Of a stretch of DNA of 39,178 nucleotides, positions 9,901 to 22,111 are shown piece after piece. Made by a program: the position numbers and the translations under genes. The first letter of the stretch is position 1. Each line of letters begins with the position of its first letter. The stretch lies in NCBI RefSeq assembly GCF_000315625.1, contig NW_005434671.1, forward strand, positions 776,878 through 816,055. Reading direction: 5' to 3'. Below the pieces are notes generated by a model. The model searched no databases. It was not told the DNA's origin and saw nothing but the letters and a program-made list of their open reading frames with translations. Source of the stretch: Guillardia theta CCMP2712 (taxonomy: Eukaryota; Protista; Cryptophyta).

Positions 9901-11332
9901 CTTTGACGACCTACTGTGGAAGGGGAACAACCTGACTCTGATGGGACCCAACGTGACCTGCCGTCTCCTCCTGGTCTGTTCCTCTCACCCTCTTGCTGCA
10001 GAACGAGTTCTTGGGGACTGTGTTTGAGGACGGGGAGTTCGAGAAGAATGCGCAGAGGGGAGGGCCGATCTCGGACAGCATCACCATCTCCCAGGAGAAG
10101 ATGCTGGAGATGACGGCAGACCGCGAGTTCAACTTCAAGCTCAAAAGCCAGCCGGTGAGCCTTCCTCGATCCTGCTAAAGATTCAGTTGCTGACTGCGAA
10201 GCTTCAAGGGGAGGGATGGGGAGATCCGCTTCCGCTACATGAAGCTTTCCTTCGCCCCCTCCACATTCTTCTCCTCCAAGTTCGCTACCGACGAGTTCTT
10301 CTACAGTGAGGCAGACACCACCGTCGCCCAGTATAAGGAGCTCAACGTAACGTTCCAGCTGCCTCAGAAGGCCCAGCAGGCGCCCACGAGCGACGGGGTC
10401 TTGTCCCTCATCGTAGATGGCTACCTGGAGGAAGGCTTCCTAACCCTCTCCTACAACAATACGGTGAAGAAGCTCTTCGACGGGTGGGTGTGGGGGCAGG
10501 GGGTGAGGAGGTACGCCCTTTCGGAGCCTGCAGACATCGGTGTCCAGTGCGACAACTCCAACTTCTGCAGCCCCAACTCCTTCGTGGACGTCAGGCAGAC
10601 CCGCTCGCCCCGCCACACAACAGCAGTGCGCATCGACCGACAGGACCTGCTGAGCATGTCCAGCGACCGCCAGGCGAATTTCATCTTCCGCGTGCTCAAC
10701 ACTCCTCGGGCGAAGCTCAGCCCGGTCATGCTCTCCTACTCTCTTCTCAGCTGCTACCTGCGCACCCTCACGGCCAGGGACGGTCAGATCTTCGGGGCCC
10801 GTCTCAGTCGCCCCTCCCAGTCTCTCATCGAGTTCCCAGGAGCCTTCCCAGCTGCGGCAGCAGACGGCTTCCTGTGGCTCCATGCAGAGATCCAGTACCA
10901 TGTGCAGCACGTGCGGGATACGCAGGGGCTGCCGGATCAAGCTCCGAGGGTCCTCAGAACCTCGACGGGAGCGTTCTACGAGGAAGCGCTCAACGACGTG
11001 AGGGACCCCCGAGGAGACTTGCCGGCAGAGGCCCACAACCTTCCCTTCCTCTCCGCCATCAGCGTGCATGCCGGTAAGAGAGGCATAAGGGGCGGGGGGA
11101 GGAGGAGGAGCTGACGGGCCTGGCAGGGGACATGGGGGAGAAGATTGGCCTCCTCTTCAACGATGACTACGCCCAGTACGACTCCAGCAAGGGCTTCGTG
11201 GACAACGTGCGGGTCCCCAAGAGGATCCTGGACCAGCTAATGCAGTCAAAGTCGCTCTCCTTCACCCTGGTGGTTCCGCCAGGCATAGGAGGCGTGCGAG
11301 TATTCACGGCAGTGATTGCGTATGCGATATGA
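6980..11332 (+). CDS. Large secreted protein: signal peptide, laminin IV/B-like domain, Gly-rich beta repeats (GSGY-type), C-terminal repeated domain (multi-exon)
   Basis: MAGRVTLLVVAVMVAMAGEAEG signal. Laminin IV/B-like segment FRREGWT..WYFETPRGWLEGDKAIIYNGTL..DVVL..YIVQLNEKSGW..TAQDFIFCLNNLVGIQIRGGY. GT-AG introns (e.g. 8763-8830, 9241-9298) join the ORFs; last exon ends TGA 11332. Some internal junctions were not resolved. Confidence 0.8.
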
Positions 11333-11382
11333 TCAGGGAAAGTAAGAGAAGCAGCAGCAGCACTTCACACACTCGCTTCGTT

Positions 11383-12369
11383 TCATGTAGTCCGAGGGAT
11401 CAGGTGTTGGAACTTCTCCCACCTCTCAGGCACAAACCTGTCCTCCTCCTCGTCCGACTCCACGCTTGTATGATGGCTTCCTCCTCCTCCTCCTTCTCCT
11501 CCTCCTCCTCCTATGTCAAAGGAGTGGCCGAGCTCGCTGTCCTCATCCACCGACCCCATGTTCTGAATCACCTTCGTCACAAGCTTCGCTTGCTTCAGCA
11601 GCTTCACACTGTTCCTCTGCGGTATCCAGGCATAGAGAGCCTCCTCGTCGTCTTCCACCTCCTCCCTTTTGCTTCCAGGAGGTGTGAGGAAACCTTCATG
11701 CTTCCCTTCCTCAACCTCCACCGGTTCCTCTTCCTCCTTCGAGCAGCTCGCCTCTTGTTCTGGTTCGACGGAAGCAGGAGGAGGCGCGTGTGGTGGAGGC
11801 AGCACCTCTGTCGTTGTTTTCCTCGTTCCCCCTGCAAGAAAACGTCAGCAGGAAACAACTTCGCTCCTCCCCTCACCTCGAGCCACGGGTTTCCCTTTCC
11901 TCTCCTTGAGCACCTGCATTGCTGCTGCCGTCACTCGCCGCGGCGGCCATTCCTCCTTCTCCTCCTGCTGCTGCCGCAGCGCGTGGATCAGCTTCCAGCT
12001 GCTCGAGGTCAGCAAGGCTCCTAGCAGGCGACCGTTGACTCACCTGGCCTCGTCGAGCCTCGAGAACTCATCATGGCCCGGTAGCCTCGGCATGCACTCA
12101 GCCTGTCCCCCCTCCTCCCTCCTCCTCTTCTCCTCCTCCCTCTTCCCCGTGGCTGGCTGGATCACCGGCCCATACCATCCCGATTGCCCAGAGCAGACTT
12201 TCTGTGCGCTCGTTTGCTCCCCGAATGCCCAGGATACTATCGTGTCCTTGACGCTCTCGATCTTCACCCGCCAAACCTCGCTCTCTGGCGGTTCGTCTTC
12301 GCTCACCATGGTGGGCACATGGGCTTCTGCCTTGCTGAAGGGCTCGAGGAGAGAGGAGAGGTTCCACAT
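11383..12369 (-). CDS. Hypothetical multi-exon protein, acidic/low-complexity
   Basis: ORFs 12040-12369 and 11383-11805 are linked by GT-AG introns (donors ~12044 and ~11877); no family motif; start and frame uncertain. Confidence 0.5.
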
Positions 12370-12997
12370 CCTCGGCTGGAGGGTGGAGAAAGGAAAGAGT
12401 GAGAGGGTTCGAAGAGCACAGAAGGAGGTATGAGGGGGAGGGAGGAGGTTGGAGAGGAGGAGAGAAGAAGTAGCAAGAAGAGTGGAAGAGGAAGACAGGA
12501 GGAAGGAAGAAGACAGGAGGACGCGAGAGGAGCGACGGGGTGCTAGGAGGGTGTAAGGGCTGGTGTGCAGGTGAGGGGGCAGGCAGGCGTGTAGGTCCAG
12601 AACGGAAATTGACCGACGGTAAGGGGAGACTAACTTTTAATCAGGGGAAAACGAAATGCGAAAATCAGAGAAGAGAACGAACGAGATCACAAGGGAACAG
12701 TTACAAGCACAGCAAGGTTGCACAACAAGTTTAAGAGCAGCCAGTGACTGTTGTGCTACAAGTTGTCAGAAAGCTTGTACCACAGTCTGAAAGAACACAT
12801 TCTGGATCCCAGTTGAAGGGATGTATTCTACTGAAGGTAAAGGTGATATGATGAGAACATTCAAGTGATGGGTAGACGACGACGACTTTCTATGGACAGG
12901 AAGGAGCAAATGCCTTGTAGCATGCTGTATACATGATAGCAAGAACTGCAAACATGACTAGATTGCAACATGGTAGCAGATTGCTTCGTACTGGCAC

Positions 12998-14406
12998 TCA
13001 GTCTCCTCGCTCCCTCCGCATCCAGTCCATGATGAGTGAGTGCGCTACGGCTGCTCGTCCGGGGATGCTCAACTTGTGTGCGGAAAGCCCGCTCTCGATG
13101 TCCTCCCGCGAGAACCATTTCACTGACACGAAGATTCAAATGTGAGAGCTGGGGAGGGCGAGAGTGGGAGGAGGAGGAGGAGGAGGAGGAGGAGGAGGAG
13201 GGTGGGGGGGGATTGGGGTGGTGGTCGTGTTCGTGGTGGTGGTGGTGGTGGTGGTGGAGGAGGAGGAGGAGGACTCACCGTCGTCCATCTCGTTCTCGTC
13301 GACGTCGATCGCTGGAAGTTTCCCGTCCGCAACCTCCATGGCCCTCGCAGTGAAAGCGATCATGAGCGATCGCTGCCGGCATGTCAGCAAGGGACAGGCC
13401 ACGTCACCACAAGCGGCTCTACCGGGAACGGCCAACTCTGACTGGAGAAGAAGCGGATCGACTGAGGGTCGACCCTCACGCCCGACTCTTCCCACACCTC
13501 TCGCACCACCGTTTCCTCAAGGCTCTCCCCTACCTCGGTGAAGCCTGCCAGCACGCTGTACCTCCCTGTTGGCCAGACTGCCTTCCTCCCGAGCAGCGCA
13601 TGCTTGCCACAGGAGCTGCTTACCAGGACGATGACTGAGGGATCGATCCGAGGGTAGAACCCGCTCTTGCACTCCGAGCATCGACGCATGCTTCCAGCCT
13701 TGTCTGGTCGAACTTTTCCGCTGCCACAGTTCGAGCAGAAGGAGACGCTTCGATGCCAAACTGAGAGGCCGCGGGCTGTGGCTAACAAGCCAGCATCCTC
13801 GTCTCTCTCAAGAAGGCCCCCAGCTGTTCTCAGCTGCTCGAAGTAGCTACCTTCGGGTGCCGCGATGCCCTCCGGCTCCAGGGTGCTCACGTCCAAGGCG
13901 AAGTAGCGGATGTTCTCCAGATCGCCAATGTACATCTTGACAACATCATCGTTCATGGCGAGAGACTTCACGTCCCCGAAGTTCAAGAAGACGGGCTCAA
14001 AGAAGTCTTCGATCTCACTTTGCTTCCTGAAGAGGTTCTTTCCTCTCCAGACGAGGATAAAGCGTGAATTCGGCTCCATCATGGAGTTTCTGAAGCTCTC
14101 TTCGTCAGACAATCTCTCACGAGATTCTCTCTGAAGAGAGGGGCACGAATAGTAATTCGGCCACACTGGCTGTGCCGAGGGCGCATGGCTGAGTTTCCTT
14201 GCAGTGGGTTCGAATGTGGAACGCTTCTCGCGGTAATCTTCGAAATTGTAGCCTGCATCTTTCATCGACATCTGACGGATAGATGGCATGCTATCACGTG
14301 TCATCACTCTAAACGCCGGCGAGTAGATAGAAAACGATAGTGCCTGCTGTAGCCAACCCACCGCCAGCGCATGCCCATACAGAGTTCCAAGAATCCGCTT
14401 GGACAT
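12998..14406 (-). CDS. nudC: NADH pyrophosphatase, NudC/NUDT12-13-type Nudix hydrolase, probably plastid-targeted
   Basis: Zn ribbon FCSNCG..RCSEC..FYPRIDP; Nudix box GFTEVGESLEETVVREVWEESGV; SQSWPFP signature. Spliced tail RSLMIAFTA..IDVDENEMDD/VKWFSREDI..SIPGRAAVAHSLIMDW..TGA at 12998-13000. Confidence 0.92.
13165..13272. repeat. (GGA)n/(GGT)n trinucleotide tracts in the last Nudix intron
   Basis: Directly visible. Confidence 0.85.
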
Positions 14407-14956
14407 GTTTGCGGGCCCTCAAACTCACGAGGTAGTGGGGGAAGGCTTGTCCTCCTGTGATCTGACAGGGATTCGATGCCTCTGCTCTTCCTCCCCTTCT
14501 CCTCTTCCTCTCTGCTCTCCTCCCCTTCTTCTCTCCCTCTCTTCCTTCCCCCCTCCTGCCCTCCCTTTCTTCCCTCTCGTACAGCACCCTGCGAGCTCCT
14601 TGGGAGCCGGAAAAGTGATATACATAATTCTATATAATTATTGATGATTATATATATTCTGTGACCGTTATAAAAGACAGAAACACCTTCAGTTATATTT
14701 GACGTTACGAATACTGAATTGGGCCGTTTCATTTTCCGTTGCTGCTGCCGAAGGATGTTTCCTCTCCATGCAGTGGGGCAGGGCACGGGAGCGGGGGAGG
14801 GGAAGAGAGGGCGGAGAGAGGGAGCATGAAGACCTTCAGAGCACCCTACATGTGCAGACAAGTCTTTGATGCAGCTGAGAGGAGAAAGAGGTTTGCCCCC
14901 GTAGCAGGAGAACTGCCCTTGTAAACCAGAGCTAAGGCTTCCCCCTGCGGGCAGCC

Positions 14957-16822
14957 ATGGATGTGATACATGCCGTGCAGCAATATGTCTCGAGGATGAC
15001 AGAAGGGGTCGGAGGGATGAAGGCTCTGCTTCTGGATAAAGAGACTACAGCCATTGTAAGCATGGTCATCAGCAGGTCACAGGTACTCGAAAAAGAGGTG
15101 TTCCTTTTCCAGCGCCTCGATGCCGGCGGGAGGGGACGAATGCTGCACCTGAAAGCATTGGTGTTCCTGCGGCCAACCCGAGAGAACATCGAACTTCTGG
15201 CAAAGGAACTTTTGCAGCCCATGTTCGGAGAATACCACCTGTTCTTCAGCAACGTGTTGAGCAACGATGCCGTCAGGACGCTTGCACAGGCTGACACCTA
15301 CGAGGTGGTGAAGCAAGTGCGCGAGCTGTATGCGGACTTTTACTCGCTTTCGCCCTCATGCTTTTCTCTGAACCTCCCCCCGAATTCGGCATTGTCGACT
15401 CCCCTCGCGGACAGAACGCGGGATGGTATCTTTGCGCTCCTCCTCGCGCTGAAGAAGAAGCCGGCGATTCGCTACCAGGCATCCTCTCGTGATGCCGAGC
15501 ACATTGCTGCCTTGCTGAGCCAGCACCTGGATCAGCAGCAGGATACGCTGGATTTCGGGAGGAATGAAGACATGCCGCCATTACTGCTGATTCTTGACCG
15601 AACCGACGATCCGTTGACCCCTTTGCTGAATCAGTGGACGTACCAGGCGATGGTGCATGAACTCCTGGGGATTCGCAATAACCTGGTTGAAGTACCGCGA
15701 GCTGCTGGCAGTGATGCAGATCCAACCAGCATTGTGCTCTCTGCGGTCAGCGATGATTTCTTCAAGGAAAATATGCACACAGATTACGGCGCGATGAATG
15801 ACGCTGTGCAAGCGAAGCTTGAGGAGTTGAAGAGGAATAATCCTCAGTTCGCTCAAATGTGGCAGGGAAACAATGCTAAACTTGGAACAATCGCTGAGAT
15901 GCAGCGAATAATAGAGAAATACCCTGAGATGAGCAAGATGAAAGACAATATCAGCAAGCACGTGAATCTCCTGCATACTCTAGCGAAAATGGTGGATCAA
16001 TATAATCTTCTCGAAGTGTCGGAGATTGAACAGCAGCTTGCAGCAGTTCAAGATCATAAATCGGCTCACAAGCAAGTCATGGAAATGCTGGGAAACAGCA
16101 ACGTACGTCAAATTGACAAGCTACGGCTAGTGCTGCTGTATGCTCTGAGATACCAGAAGGAGGGTGGCGAGAAGGGATACATTCAGCAGCTGGCAAGGAT
16201 GTTGCCAGCCGAGAAAGTAGCAGGTGCTTACATATCGCAAGGTGGCGCAGAGGAGTTGATGCCCACGTACCAAAAGTTTCCGGAGATTCTCCTCCGGGAG
16301 TGCGGAGCAGGCGCTCGAACGCCGCAATCGGATCTCTTCAACCGCGGGGTCAACGCTGTGGTGTCCCAGGGGTTCAAAAGCATCACAAACAACGCAGGCT
16401 CGGACAACGCATACATGCTGCATCAGCCTCTACTTGAGAAGATCCTGAAATCAGTGGAGAAAGGAAGACTTCCGGAGGACAAGTACCCTTTTCGTCCGTG
16501 CTCAACGTACAAGGAGGCAGTAGACGCCATGCGAGCCTTCAAACGAGGGCCTTCGGAGCTCATTGTGTACATCGTTGGAGGTGAGATGCAACTTAGTTCA
16601 CATTCACCGTTGATATGTTTGCAGGAGCCACCTACGCTGAATCTCGTGTGGTTTCCAAGTTCAACGACGAGAACAGGTTGTCACTGTTTACTTCGATCCA
16701 CAGAAATCTGAGCTGCCTGTAGGCACTGTCGCGTCATCTTGGGAGGCTCCTGCTTCCTCAGCACACATTCGTTCCTCGAGAGCATCGCTGCGAGGGCTGC
16801 TTCAACTCTTCCGCATCAGTGA
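14957..16822 (+). CDS. VPS45: Vacuolar protein sorting-associated protein 45 (Sec1/Munc18 family)
   Basis: MDVIHAVQQYVSRM..GMKALLLDKETTAIVSMV..EVFLF..HLKALVFLRPTRENI..EYHLFFSN..LLILDRTDDPLTPLLNQWTYQAMVHELLGI..SKHV..LRLVLLYALRY. Terminal exons GGATYAES..RVILGGSCFLSTHSFL end at TGA 16820-16822. Confidence 0.95.
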
Positions 16823-16949
16823 GTAGCCGGCTGTGGGAACGACGTGTACATTACACAGATTCTCTCCTACTCTTTTCCACCTTAGGAGTAGAATAATGAA
16901 ATCTTTGCAAGCATATCAATCATCACCTCAGCCTGACTCTTGGCCGCAC

Positions 16950-17030
16950 TGTACTACCGCCGGGCCGGGCGCTGCCGCCCCCGGCCCGCCGGGCCGGACG
17001 GCCGGGACCGGGCCGGCCGGGCTGACTGGC
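16950..17030. promoter_or_regulatory. CCGG/GGCC-dense island upstream of the sulfotransferase-GT gene
   Basis: GTACTACCGCCGGGCCGGGC..CCGGCCCGCCGGGCCGGACGGCCGGGACCGGGCCGGCCGGG; same vocabulary as the islands at 3790, 25980 and 35450. Confidence 0.4.
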
Positions 17031-17236
17031 TCATAACAAGGCAGGTGGAGTTTGTGGAGCGTACGACAGCGAAAAATGGGCAGCGAGAGGAGGTGGAAGG
17101 AGGAGGGCGGGTTGAGGGGATAGAGGAGGGAGAGAAAGAGATGCGATCTAGACAGCCGATCGATGATGATGATGATGATGAGCGTCCGAGATGAGGGATA
17201 AGAAATGTTGACATGGCAACGAGGAGGAGCTGAAAA

Positions 17237-20200
17237 ATGTGGAGCATGCATGTACTAATGGCTTATCGGGATCACTGGTCCGGAGAGGCTGAAGAAACGA
17301 GGAGAACAAGATCTCCATCGGTGATCACATGCATTCTGATCTTGAACATGTTGGCGCAAGCGGGAACAGCAGACAGCTCCGATGGATTGTGCTCTTTCGA
17401 GCAGAGGATCGACGGGATGCACTGTGATGGCCTGAAGATCGACGGAAGCATTTTGACATCTCGCGCTTGCACTGAATCATGCTGTATGGACAAGGACTGT
17501 CAGATCTGGCAGTATCACTCGGAAAAGGGCTGCTGGAAAGGAAGTCAGGCAGCTCCTGCTTGCACAGCCAGTGACGAGCGATGGCTCGGGGAGAAGGTTC
17601 GAAACCGAGTACCCCCTCAGCGACCGTCAGGGGAGTCCAGCCGAATATTGCAATGGCGACGGCGGAAAGGGATTGTAAAGAATTGCTGTCCTGGAAGATG
17701 GTGCTGCCCCGGGGGATCTGGGTGCTGTCCTCCTCGCATGCTTGCGATCGCGAACTCCGAGCAATTCGCTGCTATGGATTTGACTGCCCGTTCTAAACCT
17801 TTTCAAGAAAGCATTACGCTCTTAGCAGAAGAGGTCCAAGAGGGTTTGATTCGTTTTTGTATCGCTTTCGATGTCTTCATCAAGCCTTTGCATACCACCA
17901 TTCGAGTAGACAAGCAAAGTAAAATCATGGCTCTGGTGAAATCGTCATGCCGTGAGTTAGATCGGATCAGGGGCCAGGAGAATAATTCAAACTGCTTCCA
18001 AGAGATTGTATACGACATTGTTCAAAGTGGTGTAGATTACTTCTTGAACGCGTCATATCCTGGTATTCTATTCGCTCATGGCCTTGAGAGCGATGCTGCA
18101 GTGGACCGGTGCAGCGCTACTAGACTCACTGTTTCTTCATGGAATCAGGTCAATTCTTTCAACGTGAGCAGATGTCGTCCGTCACACCATAATGCATTTC
18201 GCTGGTTGACGACTAGAGGTTACGACATCATCACGATGGCTTCACGTCATTCAAGGGGACAGGCAAGGGAATCTTTAACGATTCCCCAAACTGAAGACTT
18301 GATGCAGGTGGTTGTTAGCGATCAATATCGATTCATCTTCATCCAAGTGCCCAAGGCAGCTTCAACAACTGTGCGAGTTTTGCTTTGGAATTACGGGGGG
18401 AAAGATGCTGAGGTGAGAAAATTCTATATATTTTCACAGTTGTAACCCATCCCAACATTTCAGACTTATGACAAACTCCCTCTGCACAAGAAACTTACAT
18501 ATTTCACCTTCGCCTTTGTGCGTGATCCTGTTAGCCGCTTCATCTCTGCATATGATGAGGTCAAGTTGGAATGGACATTATCCCAAGCTCACTTGTTTTG
18601 GCAGATTTGCCTGAAACTTCATGACTCTTGCTCTTTCTACGACAGGATATCGTCTAAAGGGCTAAAAGCATTTCTCAACTACACAATTCAAAATCCATGC
18701 TGGGATGAGCATGTATGCGAGCAAATGTCGTTCTTGCAAGGCTTTTTACGAATCGATATGATTGCTGATATCTCGAATCTTTCAACGGTATACATTTGCA
18801 AGTTCTGTCTCTGCTTCGTCGTGACCTTCGTCTCAGGCATTGACTTACATCTCATCCCGGCTTGGTTTTGAGCCTCCAGTCTCGCCCGATATGATTGAAA
18901 AGAAGAATGAAGGCTTTTCCTTCGCTCATCAGTCACCAGATGAAAAGACAGCTCGCAAGATCCGATCGCTTTTCAGCTCCGATTATGAATGTTTGAATTT
19001 TTCAACTGGAGTGAGTGAAGTGCAAAATTCGGATGGGTCCTGTGATGAAGACGCAGACTACAATGAACATCTTGTGCCCTATGCTCATTTCTGGAATGAG
19101 GGGGAGTATTATTTCCACTCGGCGACGGAAGATAACAGTGAATTCATCAAATCCCTTACCGAGTCCTTGGAATCAGTCATTTCCTCACAAAGTTTCTCTG
19201 CCAACGATTCAAGGGTAGCAACACTACCCACGCTAGAGTCAAGAATTCCTGATGTTGGGCAAGATCCTTGCATCTCTGAAAGCCGGGGAAGTTTGGCAGC
19301 TTCTGTTGAGTTGGTCAGCAGCTGTGTCAACCACTTTTTTTCGAGAAGTGTTACGGCCTTGCAAGACAGATCGGATTGCAAGAAACTTTCTGAACCCTAC
19401 ACAAGCATTATTCCTCCTCGAATTTGGCGCCTTTTTTCGATGAAATCAATTTGTAACTGTAATTCTACAGAGCTTACGAACGGATGCCGGCAGGCGAGGG
19501 AGAGAATTGTTGACGAAGTTTCTTCGTCTTCGCTGTGGTTACATGATTGGTCGGTTAGAGCAATCCTGCTATCAAAGCTCTGGAGCCCCGAGGTCAGCTT
19601 AGAGAAAAATGTGAAGAGGAGAAGCAGCCATCTTCCTCCTGGATTCGTGCTGCTAGTTATTCCTCGTTGCCACGGAAACCTGACTGAAGACACAAAGCGT
19701 CAACCTTTGTTTGTCGTCACAAAGGAGCAACGGATCGAAGAAAGGCTCCCACCGGCACTCCCTGCGGCTTGTTACACGTCTGTTGAGGTAACAGCCAATA
19801 CAACGGGCAATACTACAGACGAAGTGACTGACTCCTTTCCAGCATGCCAAGAGGGACTTGCTACGCGAGAGAATCGAATGTTCGCTTTGCTTAAGCGTGG
19901 CTCACGTTCGTCTCCTCCGCTTTATGCTCATCGCCCAGCAGGTGCGAGTAAAGGTGTCAGAATTCTTGTCATTGTGACTTGCAGGCTCGAGAAAATTCTG
20001 CAGAAGGAGGGAGACTTGATACCGCGATCGTTGTCAGCGAGGACACAGAGATTTTGAGGATAGTCAGTGAAAAATCGATGTGTTTTCTGTTTGTTTGCTA
20101 ACAGTATTTCATCAAGATCGATACCGAGGAGATGAGCTCCATGTTTCCTACTTGGCATTTGAGAAGATATAGGACATATGACGAGGAGACAGAAGAGGAG

Positions 20201-21924
20201 CAAGTTAAAGAAGAGGATGCTCTGATGCAAATTGCTGCAGCTTTTACTCTGAGTTTACGTGCATCGCACATGGTTCAACTCTTCTCTTCTGCTCGGTGAT
20301 GATTTAAACCTACTTCTTTGCAGGTTGGATCGCTATCGTCACACTTCTTCAACATTCTTTGCGACTTCTTCATCGGAAATCATTTCGAGAGATTTCTCAA
20401 GAACGGAAATACGAACATTTCGATGCCATATTTCGCCCTTTCTAAGCTATGGTCAGCTGATGTACAGCTTGGATCCGGACCCGCGGGATTTCTCGGAGCG
20501 AACATCCCTCTCTCCAGCTCAAGTACCAAATCAAGCACTACCCAGACGGAAACTTGGGAAGGCACAGCAAGAGGCGAAGAAGGAAATTTGAGGCAGCATA
20601 AGAAAGGCAAATCGCCATGCCCGGGGAACCGCTTCTCTGTTGACGAGTGGGGAGACTGCAAGGCAGACATAACCTCAACTTCTTCCTATCTCCCTTCTCC
20701 TCAAGGTCCCACCTATCTCTACGCCCGCTGTGCCCGCTGACACTTTCCTTCCTAGTACTCCAATATGCAAAGGCGGAAGCGTCAGCAGGAGATGAACTTG
20801 CTGCCCACCTTCAACATTCGCTCCATTCATTGCAGTTCTCAAGACAGAACTGTGATCGAGCTCGCCCGGCACGATATCCCAACCATGGCGCAGCAGCAAC
20901 TTTCAACTACCTCGTCATTCAGCTAATCCGTGGCCTGCAGGAGCAACGTCCTGTCGTGCTACAGGGCAAGTGGATCTACGGAGGGTGTGCTGAAGGGGAT
21001 CTCAGCTGCGTCCTCGACCCCTTCACAGTCTGCGAGACGGGCGCTAGCGCAGTCGGGGGATACTCGATGGGTCCGGACATGAGCGGCAAGTACGGAGGAG
21101 CCTATCCTCAGCGTTTGGAGGAGGCAGACCCTAACTACGTTCCCCCGATCTACGCACGGGAGGGGAAGGGAAACTTCTGGTTTGTAAGCATCCTGACGGG
21201 GTTCGTCCTCAACGTAAGGCCCCGCGTGTCTCAACGTGTGGAGGAGGAGCTCCAGCGGCTCGGACTCTCTTCGTCCTTCGTCGGGGTCCAGGTCTGACTT
21301 CCTTTGCTCCTTGCATCCTCTTTGACAGAGGAGCCTCAGATCAGACGAGGAGATGCTTGCGGGCAGACGCGGCCGTGCCTGGAGCTCTCGATCTACGTCG
21401 AGGCAATCCAGGAGCTGGCAGGGCGATACGACTTGAAGAGCGTCTACCTCGCCACTGACGACCCGAATGCTGTTGTTGAGGTGACGGACATGATCGGAGG
21501 AACAAGACTGATGAACCTGCAGCTCGAAGGCGCGGTCGCTCCCCTTGGACTCCACGTGGTCTCGCAGATGATGGATCGAAGCTTCACCTCCTCCAACACT
21601 GTCGCTTGTGCTCACCTCGCCAACGAGGGGGTGCGAACGCTGAGCATGCAGGCCGAGCTCGGCTGCGAGTGGATTGAGGACAAACTGCTCCGAGCAGACC
21701 CTGACAGGAAAGACGATCATGCCATGGCGGTGATGGTCGACGTCGAGATTCTCGCCCGCTCCTCGGCTTTCGTCGGCACCTTCACCTCCGCCCTGAGCCG
21801 CGTGGCCTTGCAGCTCTCGTTTGCTCGCACGCAACAGTTGAAGCCCTTCATAAGCCTCGACATCCCCTGGTGCTGGGCTGGTTTCCACCTCATTCCAGTG
21901 CCATGGGGGACATACGGATGCTGA
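17237..21924 (+). CDS. Multidomain glycan-modifying protein: PAN/Apple-like Cys domain, Sulfotransfer_2-family sulfotransferase, degenerate GT23-like domain, GT23 (FUT8/NodZ-like) alpha-fucosyltransferase domain
   Basis: ACTESCCMDKDCQIWQY..GCWKG (PAN-like). PAPS-binding motifs FIFIQVPKAASTTVR and FTFAFVRDPVSRFISAY. C-terminal GT23 motifs LQFSRQNCDRAR, FVGVQ/IRRGDAC, VYLATDDP, VDVEILARSSAFVGTFTSALSR. Exons can be joined in frame by GT-AG introns; the single-gene model is my inference. Confidence 0.75.
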
Positions 21925-21933
21925 GGAGCAGCA

Positions 21934-22002
21934 GCAGGGGCAGGGGCAGGAGCAGGGGCAGGGGCAGGGGCAGGGGCAGGGGCAGGGGCAGGGGCAGGGC
22001 AG
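21934..22002. repeat. (GGGGCA)n hexamer tandem repeat
   Basis: Directly visible, about 10 units, immediately after stop codon 21924. Confidence 0.9.
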
Positions 22003-22111
22003 TCGAAGGTAACGGAAAGGAGTGCAAGGATAGAAGGAGGGGAACAGAGGAAAAATGGACGTACGACAAGGGGAGATAAACGACTTTCCAGTACGATGTT
22101 TCAGAAGGATC

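Noticed and set aside
11329-12433. Plus-strand ORFs 11329-12024 and 11669-12433
   Set aside because: Splice signals and composition favour the minus-strand gene; these are antisense low-complexity frames.
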